64,000 bases of DNA, taken from the NCBI GenBank assembly GCA_035573915.1, contig DATLZQ010000002.1, positions 2,333 through 66,332 of the forward strand. Reading direction: 5' to 3'. Both the position numbers and the translations under genes were made by a program. The notes beneath the pieces were generated by a model. The model was not told where the DNA came from and ran no database searches. It saw nothing but the letters and a program-made list of their open reading frames with translations. The stretch is from Actinomycetota bacterium. GTDB lineage: Bacteria; Actinomycetota; UBA4738. This document shows, one piece after another, positions 1 to 9,629 of this stretch; position 1 is the first letter of the stretch; every line of letters starts with the position of its first letter.

Positions 1-738
1 GGCGGGGGCCTGAGCGGGGTCCTCCACCAGGGCCCCGCTCCGCTTCTCGGGGACGGGCTCCACGCCCACCACCTCCTGGGTGGGCCGCACGTCCTCGGGG
101 GAGAGGCCCAGGTCCCGGAGGAAGAGCTGCTCGAAGGGCTTCTGCTTGGCCTGCATGATGCCCTTGAGCGTGGGGTACCGGGGCTCGGCGGCCCCGGCCG
201 TCACCGTCACCAGGGCGGGGAGGGGGCACTCGACCACGTCGTAGCCGGCCTCGGTCTGGCGGTGGACCACGAGGAGCCCGTCCCGGAGCTCCACGTGGCG
301 GGCGAAGGTGAGGCTGGGCACCCCGAGGAACTCGGCCAGGGCGATGGGCATGGTCCCGGTGGACCCGTCGGTGGACTCCACCCCGGCCACCACGAGGTCG
401 AAGGGGCGGCGGCGGATGGCGGCGGCGAGGACCCTGGCCGTGGCCAGGACGTCCGCCCCCCGAAGCGCGTCGTCGGTTACGAGCACGCCGCGGTGCGCCC
501 CCATGGCCAGGGCCCGCCGGACGGCGGCCACGGCCGGCTCGGGCCCCATCGACACCGCGGTCACCTCGCCCCCCGCGTGCTCCACCAGGCGGAGGGCCAC
601 CTCCACCCCCGGTTCGTCGCCCGGGTCGAGGGCCCCCTCGACGCCCTCCCGGCGAAGGCGGAAGTCGGGGCCCAGCTCGGGGACCCCCGAGGGGTTCGGC
701 ACGTACTTGGCACAGACCACGACGTCCACGACCCGCTG
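1..738 (-). CDS. etfB: Electron transfer flavoprotein beta subunit (EtfB/FixA-like), C-terminus runs off window
   Basis: Minus-strand translation from GTG at 738 gives M/VDVVVCAKYVPNPSG..., matching the ETF-beta N-terminus (MKIVVCIKQVPD). GAAGGGGA RBS about 12 nt upstream. No stop before position 1. Not in the ORF track because it is incomplete. Confidence 0.65.
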
Positions 739-986
739 TCTCCCCTTCCGCTCGCCGCAGGGACTCCGAACGGAGCCCGCGGCCGCTCCCTGGCCATCCT
801 ACAGGTCGGGTCCGGGCGCTCTCCGTTCGGTGTCCCGGCGGCCCCGGGCGGCGCCGGCCGGCAGCCCCCTTCCCGGAGCACGACCCCACCCGAGCCGCGG
901 GCCTCGCACGAGCATCACCGGTTCGGATAACCTATGGCGCTGTACCACCGGAGGCGTCGAGGGGGACGGCTCGTGGGGGAGCGGTA

Positions 987-1871
987 GTGTCCACCGCCCA
1001 GGCGGAAGGCGCCCGTCGGGCTCCCCTGGGCTGGGTGGCCCGCCGGAGGGGGGCGGCCGCCCGGAAGGTCGCCGTCTTCATCCTGGTCCTGGGGGCCCTG
1101 TGGGGGCTCTGGGAGCTGGCCCGAGCGCTGGGGGAGGCCTCGGGGCTGAGGCTTGGGGCCTTCGAGGTGAACGACCGGACCATGCCTCACGTCCACGACA
1201 TGCTCCGCCAGTTCGTCCAGCCCTCCCGCCGGAACGGTCCCCTCCTCATTGCGGTCCTACTCCAGGCCGCGGCCTTCACCGCCAAGGAGGCCGTCGTGGG
1301 GTTCCTGATCGGGGCGACCGTGGGCTTCGTCATCGGGGTCCTGCTTTCGAACTTCCGTCTCCTGGAGCGGGGGCTCCTCCCCTACATCGTGGCCTCCCAG
1401 ACCGTCCCCATCCTGGCCATCGCCCCCATGGTCGTGGTCTGGATGGGGGCCGGCCTGTTCTCGGTGGCGGTCATCGCCGCCTACCTCACGTTCTTCCCGG
1501 TGGCCATCAACACCCTGCGGGGACTCCGGTCCGCCGACCCCCGGGCCCACGAGCTCATGGCCTCCTACGCCGCGGACCGGTGGCGGGTGCTCTGGAAGCT
1601 CGAGATCCCCGCCTCCCTCCCGTACCTGTTCACGGCCCTGCGGATCGCGGCGCCGGCCAGCGTGGTGGGGGCCATCATCGGCGAGCTCCCCTCCTCCATC
1701 CAGGGAGGGCTGGCCGGGGCCATCCTCAACTTCAACCAGTACTACGTCTCCAACCCCCCAGCCCTCTGGGCCACCAACATCGTGGCCGCCCTCCTGGGGA
1801 TGGCCTTCTTCGGAGCGGTGGTGCTCCTGGAACGGCTGGTCGTCCACCGGGCCCCGGAGCACGTGGCGTGA
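987..1871 (+). CDS. ABC transporter permease, NitT/TauT (SsuC/TauC-like) family
   Basis: 294 aa, multi-TM, BPD_transp_1-like core (LPYLFTALRIAAP, EIPASLPY). GTG start at 987. Paralogous to the next permease. Confidence 0.8.
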   Translation: MSTAQAEGARRAPLGWVARRRGAAARKVAVFILVLGALWGLWELARALGEASGLRLGAFEVNDRTMPHVHDMLRQFVQPSRRNGPLLIAVLLQAAAFTAKEAVVGFLIGATVGFVIGVLLSNFRLLERGLLPYIVASQTVPILAIAPMVVVWMGAGLFSVAVIAAYLTFFPVAINTLRGLRSADPRAHELMASYAADRWRVLWKLEIPASLPYLFTALRIAAPASVVGAIIGELPSSIQGGLAGAILNFNQYYVSNPPALWATNIVAALLGMAFFGAVVLLERLVVHRAPEHVA

Positions 1872-2728
1872 GCACCAGGACGACCTCCTTGGCCACTGCG
1901 GTCTCCCTTCGCGGGGTGACCAAGCGGTTCGCCGTGCGGGGGGGACCGGCCCTGACGGCGCTTGCCTCGGTCGATCTGGACGTCTACCCGGGGGAGTTCG
2001 TGTCGCTCATCGGGCCCTCGGGGTGCGGGAAGTCGACGCTCCTTCGAATCATTGGCGACCTGGTCCCGCCCACGGAAGGCGAGGTGACGGTGAACGGCAA
2101 GCCCGCCCACCAGGCCCGCCTGGACCGGGACTACGGCGTCGTGTTTCAGGACCCGGTCCTCTACGACTGGCGGACCGTGGCCAGGAACATCGCCCTGCCC
2201 CTGGAGATGATGGGGTGGGACCGGGAGCGGCGGGCCCGGCGGGTCCGGGAGATGCTCGAGCTGGTCGAGCTCAGGGGCTTCGAGCACCACTACCCGTGGC
2301 AGCTCTCCGGGGGCATGCAGCAGCGGGTGTCCATCGCCCGGGCCCTGTCCTTCTCCCCGGCCCTCCTCCTCATGGACGAGCCCTTCGGGGCCCTGGACGA
2401 GATGACGCGGGAGCGGCTGAACATGGAGCTGCTCCGGATCTGGGAGCGGAGCGGCAACACGGTGATCTTCGTGACCCACAGCATCCCGGAGGCGGTGTTC
2501 CTCTCCACCCGGGTCGTCGTGATGTCCGCCCGCCCCGGGCGGATCGCGGGGATCGTGGAGGTGGACCTCCCCCAGCCCCGGACCGCCGAGACCCGGGTCC
2601 AGCCCCGGTTCTTCGAGCTGGTCACCGAGGTCCGCCGCCGCCTGCGGGCGGGCGGGGCCGGGGCCGCGGCCGAGGAGGGGCCCTCCGAGCAGGACCTCCT
2701 GGTGGCCGGGGAGGGACAGGCGCCGTGA
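1868..2728 (+). CDS. ABC transporter ATP-binding protein (NitT/TauT family)
   Basis: GTG at 1868 overlaps the permease stop (GTGA). Walker A GPSGCGKST, signature LSGGMQQRVSIARAL, Walker B LLLMDEPFGALD. Confidence 0.85.
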   Translation: MSTRTTSLATAVSLRGVTKRFAVRGGPALTALASVDLDVYPGEFVSLIGPSGCGKSTLLRIIGDLVPPTEGEVTVNGKPAHQARLDRDYGVVFQDPVLYDWRTVARNIALPLEMMGWDRERRARRVREMLELVELRGFEHHYPWQLSGGMQQRVSIARALSFSPALLLMDEPFGALDEMTRERLNMELLRIWERSGNTVIFVTHSIPEAVFLSTRVVVMSARPGRIAGIVEVDLPQPRTAETRVQPRFFELVTEVRRRLRAGGAGAAAEEGPSEQDLLVAGEGQAP

Positions 2729-3551
2729 GCGCGGTCGTGGAGCCGGTCTCCCGCGGGATGCTGCGGCGGGCCGGCCGCCGGGCCCGGCACTGGGTCCCGG
2801 CCGGGGTGGTGCTGGTGGGGGGGATCGCCGCCTGGCAGGGGCTGGTCACGGCCCTGGATATCCAGAAGTTCCTCCTGCCCAAGCCCACGGAGATCGTGCA
2901 GGCCCTGCGCGAGAACTGGCGGTTCCTCTGGGGGGCGGGGATCGCCACGTTCCAGCAGGCCCTGGGGGGGTTCGCCATCGGCGCCGGGATGGGGGTCCTG
3001 GTGGCCCTGGTCCTCGCCCGCTGGCGGTTCCTGGGGAGCGCCCTCCTCCCCTACGCCATCGCCGCCAACGCCATCCCGATCATCGCCTTCGCCCCGATCT
3101 TCAACAACTGGTTCGGGCTCATCAACCCGGTGTCCAAGATGGCCATCGCCTCCGTCATCTGCTTCTTCCCGGTGATGATCAACGCCCTCCGGGGCCTCAC
3201 CTCGGTCCACCCCTCCTCCATCGAGCTCATGCGGTCCTACGCGGCCGGGGAGGGGCCATCTTCCGGCGGGTGCGGATTCCGAACGCCCTGCCCTACCTGT
3301 TCTCCGGGCTCAAGGTGGCCACGGTCCTCTCCATGATCGGGGCGGTGGTCTCCCAGTACTTCGGGGGGCTCCGGGCCACGTCGCTCGGGCTGTTCATCAA
3401 GGAGCGGGCGGCCCTGGCGTTCTTCGCCGACTCGTGGGCGGCCATCGTCGTGGCCAGCGTCCTGGGCGTGGCCTTCTACCTGGCCGTGGCGGCCGTGGAG
3501 CGGGCCGCGCTCCACTGGCACCCGTCGGTGCGGGGCCGACGGCCGGAGTGA
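2725..3551 (+). pseudogene. Second NitT/TauT-family ABC permease, frameshifted (single-base loss in a G-run near 3252-3255)
   Basis: N-terminal 176 aa in frame 1 (to ...ELMRSYAAGEG) continue as AIFRRVRIPNALPYLFSGLKVA... in another frame (ORF 3270..3551). The junction aligns with the paralog's ELMASYAADRWRVLWKLEIPASLPYLF. GAGGGGCC should be GAGGGGGCC. Confidence 0.6.
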
Positions 3552-3668
3552 GGCCGGAGGGCGAAGGTGCAGGGGAGGCGAACGGTATGCGGAGCACAAG
3601 CGGTGGGGTGGTCGGAGCGGTCGCGGGAGGGGGCGGGAGGGTCTCGCGGACGGAGAAAGGAGGGCCGC

Positions 3669-4802
3669 ATGAGTGGGAAGAGATGGCCCAGGTGGCTCGG
3701 CCTGCTGGCCGTGCTCGGGCTGGTGGCCGCGGCCTGCGGCGGCGGAGCGGAGACGCCCGGGGGCGGCGGGGGGCTGACCCCGGTCCGCGTCCAGCTCAAG
3801 TGGGTGACCCAGGCCCAGTTCGCCGGCTACTACGCCGCCCTGGACCAGGGCTACTACCGTGACGAGGGCCTCGACGTGACCATCCTGCCCGGGGGCCCCG
3901 ACATCACCCCCGAACAGGTGGTGGCGGGGGGCGGGGCCGAGTTCGGCCTGGACTGGCTGCCGAGCCTCCTGGCCCAGCGGGACCAGGGCGTGGACCTGGT
4001 CAACGTCGCCCAGGTGTTCACGCGGGCCGGGATCACCGAGATCGCCTGGAAGGACTCGGGGATCGACTCCATCGACGACCTCGCCGGCAAGCGGGTGGGC
4101 GTGTGGTGCTGCGGGAACCAGTACCAGCTGTTCGCGGCGCTGGTGAAGTTCGGGGTGGACCCAGACCCCACGAACGCCACCAACGTCCAGATCGTGGACC
4201 AGCCCTTCGACATGAACCTGTTCCTCAACCGGGAGGTGGACGCCGCGGCGGCCATGACCTACAACGAGATCGCCCAGGTCCTGGAGCAGGTGGGACCCAA
4301 CGGGGAGTTCCCCCTCTACACGATGGACGACCTCAACGTGATCAAGCTGGCCGACGTGGGCACGGGGATGCTCGAGGACGGAATCTTCGTGCGGGGGGAC
4401 TGGATCCAGGACCCGGCCAACCAGGACATCGCCCGGCGGTTCCTCAAGGCCACGTTCAAGGGGTGGATCTACTGCCGGGACAACTTCGAGGCCTGCGTGG
4501 ACATCGTCCTCAAGAACGGGCCGGCCCTGGGGAAGGGGCACCAGACCTGGATGATGAACGAGATCAACAAGCTCATCTGGCCGGCCCCCCTGGGGATCGG
4601 GATCATGGACCCCGAGCTGTTCAAGGTCACCGCGGATATCGCGCTCCAGTTCGGCGTGATCAAGAACCCCGCGGACCCGTCCGCCTCCTACCGGGACGAC
4701 CTGGCCCGGGCAGCGGTGGACGAGCTCAAGGCGGAAGGGCTGGACGTGTTCGGCAACGACTGGCAGCCGGCCACCGTCCAGGTCACCCCCAACGGCGAGT
4801 AG
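3669..4802 (+). CDS. ABC transporter substrate-binding lipoprotein, NMT1/THI5-like (NitT/TauT family)
   Basis: ATG 3669 after GGAGAAAGGAGGG RBS. Signal peptide with lipobox LVAAAC. About 377 aa periplasmic binding fold. Confidence 0.8.
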   Translation: MSGKRWPRWLGLLAVLGLVAAACGGGAETPGGGGGLTPVRVQLKWVTQAQFAGYYAALDQGYYRDEGLDVTILPGGPDITPEQVVAGGGAEFGLDWLPSLLAQRDQGVDLVNVAQVFTRAGITEIAWKDSGIDSIDDLAGKRVGVWCCGNQYQLFAALVKFGVDPDPTNATNVQIVDQPFDMNLFLNREVDAAAAMTYNEIAQVLEQVGPNGEFPLYTMDDLNVIKLADVGTGMLEDGIFVRGDWIQDPANQDIARRFLKATFKGWIYCRDNFEACVDIVLKNGPALGKGHQTWMMNEINKLIWPAPLGIGIMDPELFKVTADIALQFGVIKNPADPSASYRDDLARAAVDELKAEGLDVFGNDWQPATVQVTPNGE

Positions 4803-4831
4803 ACGAGGACCGGAGGGAGAGGAGCGCACGC

Positions 4832-5827
4832 ATGCTGAGCTTCGGGGTCACCTTCCAGGCCGACCCGCCGGTGCGGCGGGTGGTGGAGACCACGCGGCTG
4901 GCCGAGGAGATGGGGTTCGACTACGCCTGGACCTGGGACTCCCACGTCCTGTGGCAGGAGGTGACCCCCATCTTCGCCCTCCAGGCGGTGAACACGGAGC
5001 GCATCCACATCGGCCCCTGCGTCACCAACCCCGCCACCCGGGACCCCACGGTGGTGGCCAGCTCGCTGGCCACCCTCAACGAGATCTCCGGGGGGCGGAT
5101 GGAGATGGGGATCGGCCGGGGGGACTCGGCCCGCCGGGTGATCGGCAAGCCTCCCGTCAGCATCGAGCGGCTGGAGTGGGCGGCCCGCCTCATCAAGGAC
5201 CTGGCCGAGGGGCGGGAGGTGGACTACGAGGGGACCCGGGTCCGGCTCAAGTGGGCCACGGGGACCCTCCCGGTGTGGGTCGCGGCCTACGGCCCCCGGG
5301 CCCTGCGGGTGGCGGGCCGGGTGGGGGACGGGGTCATCATCCAGCTGGCGGACCCCTATCTCATCGGCTGGTTCCTCCGGTACGTCCGGGAGGGGGCGGA
5401 GGAGGCCGGGCGACGGTTCGAGGACATCAAGGTGATGGCCGCCGCCCCGGCCTACGTGACCCAGCACCTTCCCCGGGCCCGGAAGCTCGTCCGGTGGTTC
5501 CCGGCCCTGGTCTCCAACCACGTGGTGGACCTGGTCAAGCGGTACAACCCCGCCGACCTTCCCCAGCAGCTCGTGGACTACATCCGGGCCCGGGACCACT
5601 ACGACTACCAGGAGCACGGGCGGGTGGGGGCCGAACACGCCGGGTTCGTGACCGACGAGGTGGTGGACCGGTTCTGCGTGATCGGGACGGTGGAGGACGT
5701 CACGGCCAAGCTGAAGGAGCTCGAGTCCGTGGGCGTCCATCAGTTCAACATCTACCTATCCTGGGAGGCGGACGCGGAAGGGGTGATCAGGAGCTTCGGG
5801 GAGCACGTGATCCCGGCCCTCCAGTAG
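4832..5827 (+). CDS. Luciferase-like monooxygenase (LLM) class oxidoreductase, probably F420-dependent
   Basis: ATG 4832 after GGAGGGAGAGGAG. 331 aa TIM-barrel LLM pattern (MLSFGVTFQ..., GFDYAWTWDSH, GRMEMGIGRG). Confidence 0.75.
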   Translation: MLSFGVTFQADPPVRRVVETTRLAEEMGFDYAWTWDSHVLWQEVTPIFALQAVNTERIHIGPCVTNPATRDPTVVASSLATLNEISGGRMEMGIGRGDSARRVIGKPPVSIERLEWAARLIKDLAEGREVDYEGTRVRLKWATGTLPVWVAAYGPRALRVAGRVGDGVIIQLADPYLIGWFLRYVREGAEEAGRRFEDIKVMAAAPAYVTQHLPRARKLVRWFPALVSNHVVDLVKRYNPADLPQQLVDYIRARDHYDYQEHGRVGAEHAGFVTDEVVDRFCVIGTVEDVTAKLKELESVGVHQFNIYLSWEADAEGVIRSFGEHVIPALQ

Positions 5828-5875
5828 GGCCGGGGGCCGGCGCCCCGACGTCGCGGAAAGGAGGTCGAGGCCGCC

Positions 5876-6721
5876 ATGGCCACGGTGCGAGCGGCCGTGA
5901 TCCAGGCCCACGCCAACCTGCCCAAGGAGGAGGCCGTCGAGAAGCACATCGAGCTCATCGGCAAAGCCGCCGCCGAGGGGGCCCAGGTCACGTGCCTGCA
6001 GGAGATCTTCCACGGGCCGTACTTCCCCGCCGAGCAGGATCCCAAGTGGTACGCGACGGCCGAGCCGGACGACGGGCCCATGGTGACCCGGATGCGGGAG
6101 GTGGCCCGCCAGCACCGCATGGTCCTCGTGGTGCCCTTCTTCGAGGAGGCCCAGACCGGCGTGTACTACAACTCGGTGGTGGTCATCGAAGCTGACGGGA
6201 CCGTGGTGGGCAAGTACCGCAAGACCCACATCCCCCACGTGGGACCCTGCTTCTGGGAGAAGTTCTACTTCAAGCCGGGCAACCTGGGCTATCCGGTGTG
6301 GCAGACCTCGGTGGGCCGGATCGGGGTCCTCATCTGCTACGACCGCCACTTCCCGGAGCCCGCTCGGGCCCTGGGGCTCAAGGGGGCTGAGCTCGTGTTC
6401 AACCCCAGCGCCACCGTGGAGTCGCTCTCCAAGTACCTCTGGGAGCTCGAGCAGCCCGCCCACGCCGTGGCCAACGGCTACTGGATCGCGGCCATCAACC
6501 GGGTGGGGACGGAGCCCCCCCTCACCGACCACCGGTTCTACGGCTCCTCCTACTTCTGCAGCCCCCGGGGGAAGATCGTGGCCCAGGCCTCCGACTCCGA
6601 GGACGAGGTCCTCGTCCACGACGTGGACCTGGACATGATCCGGGACGTCCGAAACACCTGGCAGTTCCTGCGGGACCGCCGCCCCGAGACCTACGGCGAG
6701 CTCACGGAGCTGCTGCCGTGA
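5876..6721 (+). CDS. Nitrilase-superfamily C-N hydrolase, beta-ureidopropionase / N-carbamoyl-amino-acid amidohydrolase-like
   Basis: 281 aa carbon-nitrogen hydrolase fold (EIFHGPYF..., VLICYDRHFPE, Cys in LICYD). Context with dihydropyrimidinase and aminotransferase. Confidence 0.8.
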   Translation: MATVRAAVIQAHANLPKEEAVEKHIELIGKAAAEGAQVTCLQEIFHGPYFPAEQDPKWYATAEPDDGPMVTRMREVARQHRMVLVVPFFEEAQTGVYYNSVVVIEADGTVVGKYRKTHIPHVGPCFWEKFYFKPGNLGYPVWQTSVGRIGVLICYDRHFPEPARALGLKGAELVFNPSATVESLSKYLWELEQPAHAVANGYWIAAINRVGTEPPLTDHRFYGSSYFCSPRGKIVAQASDSEDEVLVHDVDLDMIRDVRNTWQFLRDRRPETYGELTELLP

Positions 6722-8094
6722 GCGAGGGGCGGGAGGCTCGCCGGATGGGGCCCGGGGGACACCGGGAGGGCCGGCCCCCCCAGGCGGAGTTCCCGGGCGA
6801 CGCCGCGGAGCTCCTGGAGCGGCACCGCCGGGTGCTGCCCAACTGGCTCCTCCTCTACTACCGGGATCCCATCGAGCTGGTGCGAGGGGAGGGGGCCCGG
6901 GTGTGGGACAGCTCGGGCAAGGAGTACCTGGACTTCTTCGGCGGGATCGTCACCACCATCTCCGGGCACGTGGTCCCCAAGCTCGTCCAGGCCCTCACCG
7001 AGCAGGCCCACCGCATCGCCCACAGCTCCACCGTCTACCTCATCCGGCCCATGGTGGAGCTGGCCGAGCGGCTCACGGACCTGGCCCCGGTGGACCCCCC
7101 CTGCAAGGCCTTCTTCGTGGGCTCGGGGACGGAGGCGGTGGAAGCGGCCCTGCTGTTCGCCACCAACTGGCGGCGGTCCAACGAGGTCATCGCCCTGCGG
7201 AACTCCTACCACGGGCGGTCGTTCGGGGCCCTGGCAGTGACCGGCAACAAGGGGTGGGCGGCGAGCTCGTTCAGCCCCCTCAAGGTGTCCTTCGCCCTCT
7301 CCCCATACTGCTACCGCTGCCCGCTGGGTCTCTCCTACCCGGAGTGCGGGGTGGCCTGCGCGGAGGACCTCCGGGACGTGATCCGCACCACCACCACGGG
7401 GGAGCCGGCGGCCATGATCGCCGAGCCGATCCAGGGGGTAGGGGGCTTCGTCACCCCCCCGCCCGAGTACTTCGGGATCGTCAAGTCCATCCTGGACGAG
7501 TTCGGGATCCCCTTCATCGCCGACGAGGTCCAGACGGGCTTCGGCCGGACCGGGGAGACCTTCTGGGGGATCGAGTCCTACGGGGTCCGCCCCGACGCCA
7601 TCGTCTGCGCCAAGGGCCTGGGGAACGGCATGGCCATCGGGGCGGTGGTGGGGCGGGCGGACATGGTGGACTCCCTCCGGGCCAACTCCATCTCCACCTT
7701 CGGAGGCAACCCCCTGGCCACCACCTACGCCCTCAACAACCTCGATTACATCGAGCAGGAGCGGCTCCAGGAGCGCGCCTACAAGCTGGGCCACGCCCTG
7801 TACCGGGGGCTCAAGGACCTGGAGGACCGGTTCCGGGTGGTGGGGGAGGTCCGGGGCAAGGGGCTCATGGTGGGGGTGGAGCTGGTACGGGACCCCCAAG
7901 ACAAGACCCCCCACCCAGAGGGGGCAGCCCTGGCCATGGAGGTGTGCAAGGAGCGGGGGCTCCTGGTTGGCCGGGGGGGTCTGTACGGAAACGTCCTGCG
8001 GCTGTCGCCCCCGCTCGTGATCACCGAGGAGGACGTGGCCCGGGCGGTGGAGACGCTCAGCGTGGCCTTCGAGGAGGTGGAGCGGCAGACCTGA
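6718..8094 (+). CDS. Class-III (omega) aminotransferase, beta-alanine/4-aminobutyrate:2-oxoacid type
   Basis: GTG 6718 overlaps the upstream stop (GTGA). PLP fold type I motifs (FFVGSGTEAVEAAL, IADEVQTGFGRTG, CAKGLGNG). Confidence 0.85.
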   Translation: MSEGREARRMGPGGHREGRPPQAEFPGDAAELLERHRRVLPNWLLLYYRDPIELVRGEGARVWDSSGKEYLDFFGGIVTTISGHVVPKLVQALTEQAHRIAHSSTVYLIRPMVELAERLTDLAPVDPPCKAFFVGSGTEAVEAALLFATNWRRSNEVIALRNSYHGRSFGALAVTGNKGWAASSFSPLKVSFALSPYCYRCPLGLSYPECGVACAEDLRDVIRTTTTGEPAAMIAEPIQGVGGFVTPPPEYFGIVKSILDEFGIPFIADEVQTGFGRTGETFWGIESYGVRPDAIVCAKGLGNGMAIGAVVGRADMVDSLRANSISTFGGNPLATTYALNNLDYIEQERLQERAYKLGHALYRGLKDLEDRFRVVGEVRGKGLMVGVELVRDPQDKTPHPEGAALAMEVCKERGLLVGRGGLYGNVLRLSPPLVITEEDVARAVETLSVAFEEVERQT

Positions 8095-8157
8095 CGGCCC
8101 CGAGCCACCCGCCTCGGGCGGTCAAGGGTCGGACCGAAGGGACGAGGGGGTGCGAGC

Positions 8158-9534
8158 ATGCGGATCCTCATCAAGAACGGCACGGTGGTGACGGCCGACG
8201 AGGCCACCCGGGCCGACGTCCTGGTCGAGGACGAGAAGGTCAAGCTCATCGGGGTGGACATCGAGGCCACCGTGGACCGGGTGATCGACGCCACCGACCG
8301 CTATGTGATCCCGGGGGGCGTGGACGTCCACACCCACTTCGACCTGCCGTTCGGGGGGAGCTTCTGCTCAGACGACTTCGCCACCGGGACCCGGGCCGCG
8401 GCCTTCGGGGGTACCACCACCTGCGTGGACTTCGCGGTCCAGGACTATGGGGAGCCCCTGCGGGCGGGCCTCGAGCGGTGGTTCGAGAGGGGCCAGAAGG
8501 CCCAGACCGACTACGGGCTCCACATGATCGTCCGGGAGGTGAACGACTCGGTCCTCGAGGAGATGGACCGACTGGTGGAGGAGGGGATCACCTCCTTCAA
8601 GCTGTTCATGGCCTACCCGAACGTGTTCATGCTGGACGACGCCTCGATCTTCCGGGCCATGCAGCGGGCGGCCGACTCCGGGGCCCTCATCATGCTCCAC
8701 GCGGAGAACGGGGGGCCCATCGACGTCCTCGTCCAGCAGTACCTGGCGGAGGGCAAGACCGACCCCGTCTACCACGGCCTGAGCCGGCCGGCAGCCCTGG
8801 AGGGGGAGGCCGTGCACCGGGCCTTCAAGATGGCGGAGCTGGCGGGCTGCCCCGCCTACATCGTCCACCTCTCCTCCCGAGACGCCCTCCTCGCGGTCCA
8901 GGAGGCCCGGGACCGAGGCGTCCCCGCCTACGCCGAGACCTGCCCGCAGTACCTCTACCTCTCCCTGGACGACCTGGCCCGCCCGGGGTTCGAGGGGGCC
9001 AAGTTCGTCTGCTCCCCGCCCCTGCGGCCCAAGGACCACCAGGAGGACCTGTGGAAGGGGCTGGCCCAGGGCGACCTCCAGGTGGTGGCCACGGACCACG
9101 CCCCCTTCAACTACAAGGGCCAGAAGGAGCTGGGCAAGGGGAACTTCGCCAAGATCCCCAACGGGCTTCCCACGGTGGAGGACCGGATGACCCTCATCTT
9201 CCAGCGGGTCCGGGAGGGGAGCCTGAGCCTCACCCGATGGGTCGAGCTGTGCTGCACGAACCCGGCCAAGATGTTCGGCCTCTACCCGCGGAAGGGCACC
9301 ATCGCCCCGGGCTTCGACGCCGACCTCGTGGTGTTCGACCCCAAGGTGGAGCGGGTCATCTCCGCCCAGACCCACCACATGAACGTGGACTACTCCTGCT
9401 ACGAGGGCATGAAGGTCTGGGGCAAGCCCGAGGTGGTCATGCAGCGGGGGGCCATCCTGGTCGAGGGCGACCGGTGGTTCGGGAAGGAGGGGCAGGGCCG
9501 GTTCATCCCCCGCAGCCGCTTCCAGGAGCCCTGA
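8158..9534 (+). CDS. Dihydropyrimidinase / D-hydantoinase (cyclic amidohydrolase)
   Basis: 458 aa. MRILIKNGTVVTAD..., metal ligands GGVDVHTHFDLPF, carboxylated-Lys region KLFMAY. Confidence 0.85.
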   Translation: MRILIKNGTVVTADEATRADVLVEDEKVKLIGVDIEATVDRVIDATDRYVIPGGVDVHTHFDLPFGGSFCSDDFATGTRAAAFGGTTTCVDFAVQDYGEPLRAGLERWFERGQKAQTDYGLHMIVREVNDSVLEEMDRLVEEGITSFKLFMAYPNVFMLDDASIFRAMQRAADSGALIMLHAENGGPIDVLVQQYLAEGKTDPVYHGLSRPAALEGEAVHRAFKMAELAGCPAYIVHLSSRDALLAVQEARDRGVPAYAETCPQYLYLSLDDLARPGFEGAKFVCSPPLRPKDHQEDLWKGLAQGDLQVVATDHAPFNYKGQKELGKGNFAKIPNGLPTVEDRMTLIFQRVREGSLSLTRWVELCCTNPAKMFGLYPRKGTIAPGFDADLVVFDPKVERVISAQTHHMNVDYSCYEGMKVWGKPEVVMQRGAILVEGDRWFGKEGQGRFIPRSRFQEP

Positions 9535-9629
9535 GCGGCGGGCGCCGGGCGGGGCCTCTGACGGGCTCCCGGCTTGACGGGCCCGGGGAGGCGTATGCTT
9601 CCGGGGAGCGTGGAACGAGGAGGGACCCG

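Noticed and set aside
308-2728. 806-aa + strand ORF spanning etfB antisense, the first permease region and the ATPase
   Set aside because: Only the last 287 aa (from GTG 1868) are ABC-ATPase-like. The upstream 520 aa is Arg/Pro/Gly-rich low-complexity translation typical of stop-codon-poor high-GC DNA, and overlaps better-supported genes.
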